DNA of 64,000 bases from a virus, in IMG/VR virus record IMGVR_UViG_3300024978_000008, positions 14,319 to 78,318 of that record; one strand, given 5' to 3'. A program made the position numbers and the translations under genes. Numbering within the stretch: the stretch's first letter is position 1; the number at the start of each line of letters is the position of its first letter. Below are positions 38,676 through 48,400 of this stretch, in pieces. Under the pieces are notes generated by a model that did no database searches, was not told the origin of the DNA, and saw only the letters and a program-made list of their open reading frames with translations.

Positions 38676-41098
38676 GTCACGTCATCCGTTCTATATAATT
38701 CTAATATTTGATTAAAGAAACTTGAAGTGATACTAGTTTTCACTTTACCCAAATGATAATATCCACTGTAATAATATTTTTTAGGTGTATTTTTATCTAA
38801 TTTTTCTCCGATGGTGGTAGATGGTTTTATGAAAATGTTCAATTTTGCATACATGGGATAATATTCTGGATACTTATAATAATATGGATTATCGTCATCT
38901 TCTGACATAACCTTTATAGGATTGCGGAATAAATCTGACAACAAATATGGATTACCCATGATAGTTATCATTAATTTTGTTGTTTGTGCTAAATTAGTTT
39001 TTATAAGATTATCAATATAAACAGGGCCATTAGGTCTTTCCAATCCATAATTTTTTGGATTCGCCATGCCTCTGACACCACTATATGATGTTTTGAAGAA
39101 TTCTTGTTCTGGATTTCTTTCTAACATAATTTGTTCACGATTGCCATACAAAGCTCTATTGTCTTGACTGTTATTAGGCTGACTTAAAATGCCTAATGAG
39201 TTATTTGAAAATAACGACATTCCAACATCAAGAATGTCACGAGTCTTTGATGTTTCTTGATATGAAAATTCTAAAGGTTTATAGGCTCCTTCACCTATTC
39301 CCGGTCCAGTGTCAATTGTGCCATTATTTTTAGGAACAACATAACGTGTGATATGAATATCAAATTGATATTTCTCGTCGCATGTTTTTATAGTTGAAAT
39401 ATTACATTTGTAGCTTTTTTGATTGTCAATATCATCTCTAGCATCTTCACCAACTTGATTAGATAATTTCATTAAATTGTTTATGGTTTTTGTAATCATT
39501 TTTCCCGGTTTTACTTGGAATGATTTGATTCCACCAATAAGTTGTGATTGGTCATTTTGTTCGAATGGAATGTTTCTATTATCAATTACATAATCATTAT
39601 ACACGTCGTCTAATCTAATATAATAATCTATAGGTAATACACCTTTTGATTTCTTCTGATCATCGGGGATTAATGGATTTACATAATTTTGATTAATAGA
39701 TGCCATCCATGATGATAATCTTGGTTCTGGCGGTGTTGTAGTATCTTTTAATGCCGATTCAAAACCTTCCATAATATCTTTTAAGGTTAACATCGTTTTG
39801 TTATTAGATATGCGTGTGTTTCTATTAGAAGTTAAGCCGCGATATCTGGCATCTGTGTTTATCGTGCGTGTAGTAGCTAACCCGGCACTTGGTTGTAATG
39901 GTAATGGTTGATTTCCTGTCGGTAGAGGTTGTCCGTCAAATAATGCAGCTTCTTGTGCTCTACGGTTAACCAATGCTTGATTAACTTTTCCACCACTATT
40001 GCAATATAAAGCAAAATCATTTTTAGCTTGATTATAATCACCAGCATTTAAATTGGATAATAATGTAGGATAACTTCCCACATTATAAGTTAAACTGCAT
40101 AATGCATCATATTGATTTTGGTTTAATGGAACTTTTACATTATTACATACATACGCATTGACCCATTGTAAATCTTCCGTCAAAAATTGTTCTGCTTGTG
40201 AATTGTCTATGATGTCACCTTCATTAACTCCACGACGATGACCATATCCAATAGCCCATGCGTTAACATCAAAATACGCTGTCAAACTTAAACCTTCAAA
40301 ATTTTTGATAATGCTTCTACCATTTTCACTTATTGTTAATGTACATGGATTTGTACCACCAGTAATTGTTGGAGTAGGTGAAATCGGTACTGTGTTAGTA
40401 ATAGTAACAGTTGGAGTTAATCGTGGAGTATTTGTAGGAACAATATTGGGCGTTGATGGTGGAATATTTAAATTTGATGCTGAAAAATCACTTGGTGAAG
40501 AACTATTTTTATGAGTGATAGTCATCTGGAATGTGTTTGAGTAGTTTGGCAAAAGTGCAAAAGTATTATAATCTGCAACATACATTAACGTATAATAATT
40601 TAATGGATATTCTTTATTAAATGATTGTGTTAAATTATACATATGGAAAATTAATGGTTTAATAGGAATAATTTGTTCACTATGATCTTTTTTCGTTCCA
40701 ATAATATAAGTTTTTAATGCAAATATAATATGAGTTTGAGATACATTTAATTTCTTGGCGACTTCAGTTCTTAAAAAATCCTGAAATAATCCAGCTACTT
40801 TATCCACAATCGTTATTGATCCTGTCATTGAAGACGTAGAATGATCAAAATACGAATGAAACGTGAATTCGTTATCATGAGAATGAATTATGAATTGATA
40901 ATCTACAAATTCATTAACGACAACAACGCCATCTTTCCCACACCCAGCACCTTTAACAATTGATCCGGGTTTCCCTACTGTGTAATCTATTTTAGTATTA
41001 ACTGCATCAGATGTAGTAGTGTAAGCCATCAATATATTTTTGACGGTGTAAGATGAGAAATTTAATATCGGATTTTGAACAGGTTGTTGTGTAGGCAT
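38672..41098 (-). CDS. Baseplate hub-like protein with inserted GH24 lysozyme domain
   Basis: IIKNFEGLSLTAYFD..WAIGYGH...LNQNQYDALCSLTYNVG...LVNRRAQEAALF (about 39935-40335) flanked by P/T linkers; C-terminal ITIMGNP...YSGYY hub motif. Confidence 0.8.
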   Translation of the reverse strand: MPTQQPVQNPILNFSSYTVKNILMAYTTTSDAVNTKIDYTVGKPGSIVKGAGCGKDGVVVVNEFVDYQFIIHSHDNEFTFHSYFDHSTSSMTGSITIVDKVAGLFQDFLRTEVAKKLNVSQTHIIFALKTYIIGTKKDHSEQIIPIKPLIFHMYNLTQSFNKEYPLNYYTLMYVADYNTFALLPNYSNTFQMTITHKNSSSPSDFSASNLNIPPSTPNIVPTNTPRLTPTVTITNTVPISPTPTITGGTNPCTLTISENGRSIIKNFEGLSLTAYFDVNAWAIGYGHRRGVNEGDIIDNSQAEQFLTEDLQWVNAYVCNNVKVPLNQNQYDALCSLTYNVGSYPTLLSNLNAGDYNQAKNDFALYCNSGGKVNQALVNRRAQEAALFDGQPLPTGNQPLPLQPSAGLATTRTINTDARYRGLTSNRNTRISNNKTMLTLKDIMEGFESALKDTTTPPEPRLSSWMASINQNYVNPLIPDDQKKSKGVLPIDYYIRLDDVYNDYVIDNRNIPFEQNDQSQLIGGIKSFQVKPGKMITKTINNLMKLSNQVGEDARDDIDNQKSYKCNISTIKTCDEKYQFDIHITRYVVPKNNGTIDTGPGIGEGAYKPLEFSYQETSKTRDILDVGMSLFSNNSLGILSQPNNSQDNRALYGNREQIMLERNPEQEFFKTSYSGVRGMANPKNYGLERPNGPVYIDNLIKTNLAQTTKLMITIMGNPYLLSDLFRNPIKVMSEDDDNPYYYKYPEYYPMYAKLNIFIKPSTTIGEKLDKNTPKKYYYSGYYHLGKVKTSITSSFFNQILELYRTDDVT

Positions 41099-41101
41099 AT
41101 A

Positions 41102-41437
41102 TTAATCGTTAGTTAAACTGTACATGGCTCTATCATAGGAAGGCAAAACAATAATTTTTCCTGCAGATAATTCTTCGTTAATATCCACTATATTGTTATA
41201 TTGAAGAACTAACCATTGGTAATCTTCTCTACCATAAATTTCATAGGCTATTTTATCTGGTCTATAAGCATAAAACAAAGTTATTGTGAATTGTATATCT
41301 GTGGCCGAATTTTTTTCAAATGGTAATTTTTCCCACCATCCTAGAAAATTTCCTAAATTGTCTGTAGTTCCACCCGCAACCATCCTGCAATATGGTTGTA
41401 ATAGGGAACTTTTGTTTTCATATAATTTAAATGCCAT
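41102..41437 (-). CDS. Baseplate protein (gp53/LysM-like)
   Basis: YRPDKIAYEIYG...WLVLQYNNIVD. Confidence 0.8.
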   Translation of the reverse strand: MAFKLYENKSSLLQPYCRMVAGGTTDNLGNFLGWWEKLPFEKNSATDIQFTITLFYAYRPDKIAYEIYGREDYQWLVLQYNNIVDINEELSAGKIIVLPSYDRAMYSLTND

Positions 41438-41443
41438 TTTATA

Positions 41444-42301
41444 TTACCATTCCCAAAGCGTACCAGCTTTATATTGTGTATAATCAAATGATCCTAAATC
41501 TTCTGCCGATCTTACTTCTTTTAATTGTAAAGAAACTGTTTGGATAATGGGAACCCATGCTTTTTTATCGGAAGTTTGTATATAATCAACTTCTGATGAA
41601 TATTCAATATTTAAACCTTGTAACATCACAGGAATACCACGGATTGCAGCACTGTATCCATATAGTCGCAGAGTTTCAGGCTCTGCTCCATGCGATTCTC
41701 CAAGATTCAATACGGGCATTCTCCATGCTTTTAATAAACTTATATTTTTAAAATTTAAATCAGCTTCTTGCGGAGTTCTTGAAACTAGTTTTGCGTTTAC
41801 ACCAAAACTTCTTGAAGGACTGCCCATATAGATGCTTATAGATGCTGCAGCACGAGTATCACTAATTTCAGCTATGATCATTGAACCATTTTCAGTTAAA
41901 TCTGGTGTAATTAAAAAAGTTACATGATCCATTGTATTATTAACACCATTATTCCGAGTTCCTAATGCACCTTGGATAGCATTTAAAGATTCGCCTGATG
42001 TTATTCCTCTGCTACCTTCACCTGTTCTTCCTACTAATGAAACTTTCTGCTCATCGGCACCTAACAAATATTGTCTGTCAAAAAAATCGTTTGATGAACT
42101 ATAGAATGTACTAGGCGGCAAATCTAAAGTTTTTTGAGCTTGATATTTAGGTGTGTTATTGGCGATATCATACATAGTTATATCATGTGAACTGGTACTA
42201 CCTGAAGATTGAACAGAATTTTTCCATCCTCCTGTAGGATCAGGAATAGAACCATCTTGAAATGCTGATGGTGGTAAATTGAATGAAACGGGACCGGCCA
42301 T
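41444..42301 (-). CDS. Tail tube initiator-like baseplate protein
   Basis: SPSRSFGVNAKL, PETLRLYGY, IPVMLQGLNIEY, VPIIQTVSLQLKEVRS. Confidence 0.6.
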   Translation of the reverse strand: MAGPVSFNLPPSAFQDGSIPDPTGGWKNSVQSSGSTSSHDITMYDIANNTPKYQAQKTLDLPPSTFYSSSNDFFDRQYLLGADEQKVSLVGRTGEGSRGITSGESLNAIQGALGTRNNGVNNTMDHVTFLITPDLTENGSMIIAEISDTRAAASISIYMGSPSRSFGVNAKLVSRTPQEADLNFKNISLLKAWRMPVLNLGESHGAEPETLRLYGYSAAIRGIPVMLQGLNIEYSSEVDYIQTSDKKAWVPIIQTVSLQLKEVRSAEDLGSFDYTQYKAGTLWEW

Positions 42302-42398
42302 GTAATAATACTCTATTTCTGATATTTATCATTGGAAAATGTTCAATTTTATTGGATTTTTTGGAACATAAATAATCTTACTAATAAAGGTAATATCT

Positions 42399-43226
42399 AT
42401 GTTAACTAATGAGAATAATAATCCATTATTAAAAAAATTAAATAAATCAAATACTTTGCCTCCTATGACATATCGACTTCCATCTAAAGGACTTCCATAT
42501 GAGAATGGTGAATTATCTGATGAAGTAATTGATGGTGAATTTTTAATTTATCCCATGTCTATGTTGGATGAAATATATTTAAAGACTCCAGACATGTTAT
42601 TTCAAGGCACTGCCATTGAAAAAACTATTAGTAGATGTTGTCCTCAATTATTGAAACCTCTCGATTTATTATCTAAAGACGTGGATTTCGTTCTTACTGC
42701 CATGAGACAAGTGTCTTATGGAAACATTCTTAGCGTAGACTTTAAATGTGAATGTGAGAAATCAAAACAAATAGAATTAGAAATTCCTATTTCTGGATTT
42801 ATTAATACGGCTAAATCGATCACACCAGAAACTTTGAATAATTTAACTTTCGAACTTGAAGGATTTTTAATAAAAGTCAAATATGTAACATTTTCACAAA
42901 TGTTGGCTTTAAATGCAGTAAATTCTCTAGAAACTCCAGATGAAATATTTGAAACTTTTGTAAAAAATCTTGCTGCAAACATAGAATCCATCGATGAAGT
43001 CGATAACGTCGATAACATTTTAGAATTCATTAGAATGCAAACAAGGCATTTTCAACTTGAATTATTGAAAAAAATACAAACTGTTAATGAATGGGGAGTT
43101 GATTTTGATTATACGTTCACTTGTAAATGGTGTAATACTAAGCAAACTTATCCAATATCATTGAATCCTACCAGTTTTTTTACAGAACCCTCCGATCAGG
43201 AAGTGCTGAAGAAAAGAAGCGCTTAA
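42399..43226 (+). CDS. Baseplate hub assembly protein (gp26-like)
   Basis: YRLPSKG..Y, IYPMSMLDEI.LKTPD.L..G, D.DFVL..MRQVSYG, CECE and CKWC pairs. Confidence 0.8.
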   Translation: MLTNENNNPLLKKLNKSNTLPPMTYRLPSKGLPYENGELSDEVIDGEFLIYPMSMLDEIYLKTPDMLFQGTAIEKTISRCCPQLLKPLDLLSKDVDFVLTAMRQVSYGNILSVDFKCECEKSKQIELEIPISGFINTAKSITPETLNNLTFELEGFLIKVKYVTFSQMLALNAVNSLETPDEIFETFVKNLAANIESIDEVDNVDNILEFIRMQTRHFQLELLKKIQTVNEWGVDFDYTFTCKWCNTKQTYPISLNPTSFFTEPSDQEVLKKRSA

Positions 43227-43234
43227 ACCTCGAT

Positions 43235-43417
43235 TTGGAGGAACAAAGACGAACTATGTATAAAAATGGAATTGAGTTGATGTATTTCATGCGCGGTGGC
43301 TTGACTAAAGAAGAAATGTTAGACCTTACGCCTTATGAAAGAGAAATAATTTCAGAGTTTATTAAAGAACGTCTTGATATTGAACTTAGTAAAAAACATA
43401 CTCAACCCATATATTAA
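43235..43417 (+). CDS. Small baseplate hub assembly protein (gp51-like)
   Basis: LMYFMRGGLT.EEM.DLTPYEREII..FIKER; follows the gp26-like gene. Confidence 0.6.
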   Translation: MEEQRRTMYKNGIELMYFMRGGLTKEEMLDLTPYEREIISEFIKERLDIELSKKHTQPIY

Positions 43418-43421
43418 TATC

Positions 43422-44117
43422 ATGAACATAATAGCAATCGATCCTTCATTAATATGTACTGCTTTAGTGATTAATGATAAAAAATTCATTTACGTACAAG
43501 AAAGTAATGTGTTATCAGAAAAAACTGGAAAAATGAAAAAATGGTTTGAATTGTGTTCACCGTTCATTACTTATCGTTACATAAATTATATAAAAGCTTT
43601 GATTCATTCTGATCAAGAGATTTATAAGCTTATTCAATATAATGAAATAACTGATTTAATCATATCAGACATAATATCGAATATTAATCCATCTGAAGAT
43701 ACAAAAATAGGTATTGAAGGATATAGCTATTCATCATCTTCAGGACCATTGATTGATCTTGTTACTTTTAGCACTTTATTGAGGTCAAAGTTATATACTA
43801 AATTATCTAAAAATATATCAATACTTCCACCTTCAAGTCTTAAACTTGCGGCTGCAAAATTAACCTATCTGCCTATTGTTAAAGGTAAAAAAGTATTAAA
43901 GTATGAATATCGAAATGAACAAGGTATTTCAGGTGGAAAATTTAGAAAACCTGAAATGTATAAAGCTTTGATAGACAATCAACAACTGAAAAGTTCATGG
44001 GTTGAATTCCTACGGTTACATCATTCGGATATATGTGGTTTGAATACAGTTCCTAAACCTATTGAAGATATGAACGATGCCGTTCTCTTATATGAAATAC
44101 TAAAATGCAATAAATAG
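43422..44117 (+). CDS. RuvC-like Holliday junction resolvase
   Basis: IIAIDPS, IGIEGYSY, EDMNDA acidic residues; start reset to ATG 43422. Confidence 0.75.
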   Translation: MNIIAIDPSLICTALVINDKKFIYVQESNVLSEKTGKMKKWFELCSPFITYRYINYIKALIHSDQEIYKLIQYNEITDLIISDIISNINPSEDTKIGIEGYSYSSSSGPLIDLVTFSTLLRSKLYTKLSKNISILPPSSLKLAAAKLTYLPIVKGKKVLKYEYRNEQGISGGKFRKPEMYKALIDNQQLKSSWVEFLRLHHSDICGLNTVPKPIEDMNDAVLLYEILKCNK

Positions 44118-44140
44118 CTTGATAATCGGTATTTTTAAGT

Positions 44141-45319
44141 ATGGCATCAACAAAAGAAATATTTTCAGAAATAAATCAAGCTATAAATTCGGATAATTCA
44201 TCAAAAAGACCTACAATGTCTTGGATTGCTGGTGTTTTTAAAAAAATACGTGAATTTAATAGAATGGAAAACGCTCTAGAACGTTCTGATGAATTGAATG
44301 ATGATGTAAGAGAGAACTACATTAATTCTTTGAAACTTCGTGATATTGCTTTAGAAAATGGATTGATGACCCGAGAAATCAAAGACAATGGATTTCCAAA
44401 ATATGAAGTTACGGATAAAGGTAGTAAATTTCTACAAAATCTGGCTAAACATATTCAATCTTGGAATTCTATTAACGATTTAACCTTTAAACAATTACGC
44501 AGTAAATATCAAGAAGGTAAATATTCTGTTGATCAAGAATGGGCTGCATCACTTCCAGAAAATGAACAGGAAGCCTTAAAAATTTATTCACAATTAACTA
44601 ATAAAGAATTCAGATTTCTTATTGGGTTAAAAATGGATAAAGATCGTAAACAAAGCTATACAAGCCGTATTGAAACTTTAGAAGAAAAGGATTTCGAATC
44701 TTATAGTTTATTAAGAGATATTGGTATTATTACTAAAAATAATACTATTAACAATAATGTTGTATCAAATTTATTTTCAACATTATCAAAGTATGACGAA
44801 GCTCATTTGCGCTCTTTTAACAAATCCGTAAGCAAAAGTGCCAATGACATATCAGCTAAGAAAGGATTAGCTAGAAACTATCTTAATAAAAGTTTAGATA
44901 ATACTTCCTCTAGGAGTTCAGATATTGGTATTCGTGCTAGAGAGTTTATAGAAAATTCTAATGATTGTGTTAAATCATGGATCGTATCTTTATCTTCTGG
45001 CCGCAATGCTAAATGTGGTCAAGTAGATTTTGAAGAATTGAGATTACAAAATATTATTACATCTACACAATCTAAAGAACTAACCAATTTTGGTAACATT
45101 GTCGCCTCAATTATTAAAACTGATCGTGATATGAGTTCATTCAACGATCAAGATACAGTCAATTCTAGAATGCCTATGAATTCTGTACGTGCTAATGATA
45201 GACAACGACAACGTTCCAAAATTCAACAAGGACGAGCAACAGAGTTCAATAAACATTTACATAAAGTAAAAGAAAGCAAAAATCTATCCTTCAAAAAATA
45301 TTTGATAGAATCGAATTAA
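44141..45319 (+). CDS. Hypothetical protein with repeated winged-helix-like segments
   Basis: LENGLM...YEVTDKG, LRDIGII, LRLQNII...ELTNFG; C-terminus SFKKYLIES. Confidence 0.55.
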   Translation: MASTKEIFSEINQAINSDNSSKRPTMSWIAGVFKKIREFNRMENALERSDELNDDVRENYINSLKLRDIALENGLMTREIKDNGFPKYEVTDKGSKFLQNLAKHIQSWNSINDLTFKQLRSKYQEGKYSVDQEWAASLPENEQEALKIYSQLTNKEFRFLIGLKMDKDRKQSYTSRIETLEEKDFESYSLLRDIGIITKNNTINNNVVSNLFSTLSKYDEAHLRSFNKSVSKSANDISAKKGLARNYLNKSLDNTSSRSSDIGIRAREFIENSNDCVKSWIVSLSSGRNAKCGQVDFEELRLQNIITSTQSKELTNFGNIVASIIKTDRDMSSFNDQDTVNSRMPMNSVRANDRQRQRSKIQQGRATEFNKHLHKVKESKNLSFKKYLIESN

Positions 45320-45324
45320 AACAC

Positions 45325-45354
45325 TTGACAAGGTTGCAGGAACAAGGTTATAAT
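45325..45354 (+). promoter_or_regulatory. Consensus sigma70 promoter with no adjacent ORF
   Basis: TTGACA (45325-30)-18 bp-TATAAT (45349-54). Confidence 0.75.
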
Positions 45355-45363
45355 ATCTTTAAC

Positions 45364-45603
45364 GCTTTTAATAAAAATCTTTTGCTCTTATTTAAAAAGC
45401 ACTTATTTTTTCTTTTTCTAAGTACTTTATAGTGCTGGTTAAGTACTGAATTCAATTAACAACTAAAACAGATATTAATATGAACGTAGTGAATATTAAT
45501 ATCTTATTTGTTTTTATAATGAACGTAGTGAATTTAAAAACAAATAATATTATTGCTTTTGCTTTTAATAAAAAGAGCTTTTGCTTTTGCTTTTGCTTTT
45601 TTT
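45364..45603. repeat. Non-coding repeat/hairpin cluster (candidate origin or ncRNA)
   Basis: Two hairpins sharing loop GAACGTAGTGA; tandem GCTTTT repeats; GCTTTTAATAAAAA at 45364 and 45561. Confidence 0.7.
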
Positions 45604-45689
45604 AAATATAATTACTGGTTTTATTATAAATCACATGATAGCATTTTATAGAATTTTTTCAAGCACTATAATATAAATGAAATTTTGAT

Positions 45690-45718
45690 TTGATAATCGG
45701 ATGTAAACATGATATAGT
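45690..45718 (+). promoter_or_regulatory. Sigma70-type promoter of the helicase-gp47-gp46 operon
   Basis: TTGATA-17 bp-TATAGT with extended TG. Confidence 0.6.
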
Positions 45719-45749
45719 TCCAAATCAAATACATTAAGAGCTATATAAC

Positions 45750-47354
45750 ATGTCATTAGATATTATACAATATTGGCCGATGGAAGGATATAAGCCAAGA
45801 AAATCACAATTGGAAGTTCTCAATTGGATTCAGAATTTGCCTTCGCACATCAAATACATTTTATGTGAAGTTCCTGTTGGTGGTGGTAAATCACCATTAG
45901 GAATCAATTACAGTGCATATCTAGCTAATTCATTAGGTAGTTCATTTATTTTAACACCACAAAAAATATTACAAAAGCAATATCAAGATTCATTTGATAG
46001 AAGTCGTCTATTTTCGCTTTATGGAAAAAGCAATTATACATGTGTTCCGAAAGACACAAATTGCGATATCGGATCAGATATAAAACCTAAATGTGCTCAA
46101 TGTCCACATAGAGATGCTATGGCTACAATGAAGCATTCACCTAATATAGTACTTAATTACACATTAGCATTACTTCTTTTTATGCTCAGCCCTGAACTTT
46201 CGCTTGGAAAACGGGAATTATTAGTATTTGATGAATGTCATCAATTGGAAAATCATCTTACCGAATTTAAAGCACTTCAAATAGGTGATAAGAGATGTAG
46301 ACAATTTAAAGTAAAATCTATTTCACCTAAGAATGAATATGAGGCAATGGATTGGATTGAAAACACCTATTTTCCAGCTGTCAAGCATGAATATAACATT
46401 CTAAAATCTGTTGTAGATGAAATCATGAATCGATATGAACGCAATGAAGCTATGGATAAAGCGGATGCAGATGTAATTGGTAAGCTTAAAGATATCGTAA
46501 AACATATGGACGTGATAAACCACTATATAAAATTAACCAGAGATGAGTTAATTGATAATTATGCATTAATTAGAGAGAAAACCTTTTTCAAGTTCAAACC
46601 TCTTTATGGAAAAGATATATTCCATGAATATTGCAAACCCATGGCCAATAAGTTCTTGTTCATGTCATCTACTATATTGGATAAAGATGCTTATTGTCAT
46701 GATTTAGGCATTCCACCTAATGAAGCTGCTTTCATTTCTATCGATTCTGAATTTCCTATTGACAATAGACCAGTATTTTATTCTCCTGCCATGAAAATGA
46801 CATACGGATGGGATAAGGATGATAAAAAACAATCACGTAAAAAGATGATCGAAAAAATAATCGAAATATGCAAAACACATGTTGATGATTGTGGTATTAT
46901 TCACACTGGCAGTTTCAATGTTGCAAGTTGGTTATCTAAAGAATTAGAAGGAAAAATATCTCAACGCATAATGCATCATAATCCAGATTCTGATTATACT
47001 CGGGATCAAGTTATTGACGAATTTACAAATAATGAAAACAATGAAAAATTATTACTCATTAGTCCAAGTATTACAGAAGGACTTGATCTTAAAGAGGACA
47101 AAGGTCGCTTTAACATTATTTCTAAAATACCTTTCCCGAACTTATCCGATAATTGGATTAAACGAAGAATGGAATTATCAAAAGAGTGGTACACAAGACA
47201 AGCCATGTTGGGTGTAATACAGGCAACTGGCAGAACGACTAGAACGATAGAGGATTGGAGTTACACCTATATACTAGATCAATCATTTGATATGTTATTG
47301 AAAATGTACTATAAACATACTCCAAAATGGTTCAAGGATTCTATTATCAGATGA
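45750..47354 (+). CDS. DinG/XPD-family SF2 helicase with Fe-S cluster
   Basis: PVGGGKS, four Cys (C..C..C..C) after motif Ia, DECH, SPSITEGLD, QATGRTTR. Confidence 0.88.
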   Translation: MSLDIIQYWPMEGYKPRKSQLEVLNWIQNLPSHIKYILCEVPVGGGKSPLGINYSAYLANSLGSSFILTPQKILQKQYQDSFDRSRLFSLYGKSNYTCVPKDTNCDIGSDIKPKCAQCPHRDAMATMKHSPNIVLNYTLALLLFMLSPELSLGKRELLVFDECHQLENHLTEFKALQIGDKRCRQFKVKSISPKNEYEAMDWIENTYFPAVKHEYNILKSVVDEIMNRYERNEAMDKADADVIGKLKDIVKHMDVINHYIKLTRDELIDNYALIREKTFFKFKPLYGKDIFHEYCKPMANKFLFMSSTILDKDAYCHDLGIPPNEAAFISIDSEFPIDNRPVFYSPAMKMTYGWDKDDKKQSRKKMIEKIIEICKTHVDDCGIIHTGSFNVASWLSKELEGKISQRIMHHNPDSDYTRDQVIDEFTNNENNEKLLLISPSITEGLDLKEDKGRFNIISKIPFPNLSDNWIKRRMELSKEWYTRQAMLGVIQATGRTTRTIEDWSYTYILDQSFDMLLKMYYKHTPKWFKDSIIR

Positions 47355-48400
47355 AAACGTTAAACAAGGCTGCAATTTTCGGTGATTTACATGTAGGGGC
47401 CAAAAATGGTTCTATTCAATACAATGAAGATTGTTTAGAATATATTACATGGTTTTGCAACAATGTAAAAAATGATTCAACAATTGATCACATTGTTGAT
47501 GTCGGAGATTTCTTCGATGATAGAGCAAAATTATCAACATTTACTTTGGATTATGGTTATCGAATATCAAAAATGATCGACGATTTAAATCTTCCATTTT
47601 ATCGCTTGTTGGGAAACCATTCATTAGGACAGAGAAATAATCGAGATGTTCATAACATGATTAGTTTTTCAACAATGAAAAACACGACTTTAATTGAAGA
47701 AATTACAATCATGAAACATTTTGGTAAAAAGGGAGCAGTTTTAGCCCCATATTTGTTTAAAGATGAGTATCCTGAAATGCTCAAGTATGTTGAATATCCA
47801 TACGCTTACATGCATGCAGAATTCAATGGATTTGTTATAACAGGTGATTCTATTCTGTGTGAAAATGGAGTAGATCATTCAACTTATAAACAATTCAAAC
47901 GGATCATTACTGGACATTTTCATCGTCGTGATGAGAAAGATAATGTTACTTACATTGGAAATACCTTTCCAACAAACTTTGCAGATGCTAATGATTCTAA
48001 GCGTGGTATGGCAACTCTTGAATATGACACAAATAAAATTACATTTATTGATTGGTCTGAATGTCCTACTTATATTAGAACAAAACTATCTAAAATATTA
48101 GAATCACCTAAAGATATATTAAAATCGAAGGCTACGGTACAATGTCTGGTGGATATCGATTTGACACATGAAGAGTCTATCGAATTGAAATCTAATTTAA
48201 TAAAAAAGTATAATTTGCGTGAATTAACTTTAGATGAAGGGTTTAATATGAACAAAAATTTGGATGGAGATACAGAAGTTGATGATGAACTCGTCTTAGA
48301 ATCTCTTGATACAATAATTAAAGAAAAATTAAAAACAGTATCTGTTGAAAAAATCAAAACGGATACATTAATAAAACTATATGATGATTTGAAGTTATGA
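47351..48400 (+). CDS. gp47: Recombination endonuclease subunit (gp47/SbcD/Mre11)
   Basis: GDLH, GDFFD, GNH, MHAE, GHFH; start reset to ATG 47351 (ATGA overlap). Confidence 0.92.
   Translation: MKTLNKAAIFGDLHVGAKNGSIQYNEDCLEYITWFCNNVKNDSTIDHIVDVGDFFDDRAKLSTFTLDYGYRISKMIDDLNLPFYRLLGNHSLGQRNNRDVHNMISFSTMKNTTLIEEITIMKHFGKKGAVLAPYLFKDEYPEMLKYVEYPYAYMHAEFNGFVITGDSILCENGVDHSTYKQFKRIITGHFHRRDEKDNVTYIGNTFPTNFADANDSKRGMATLEYDTNKITFIDWSECPTYIRTKLSKILESPKDILKSKATVQCLVDIDLTHEESIELKSNLIKKYNLRELTLDEGFNMNKNLDGDTEVDDELVLESLDTIIKEKLKTVSVEKIKTDTLIKLYDDLKL

Noticed and set aside
45364-45603. Possible mini-CRISPR array
   Set aside because: Only two copies of a roughly 15-bp core, short spacing, no cas genes in the window.
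45479-45604. 41-codon ORF MNVVNINILF... across the hairpin/repeat cluster
   Set aside because: No SD; the peptide merely mirrors the DNA repeats; the structure is better explained at nucleic-acid level.
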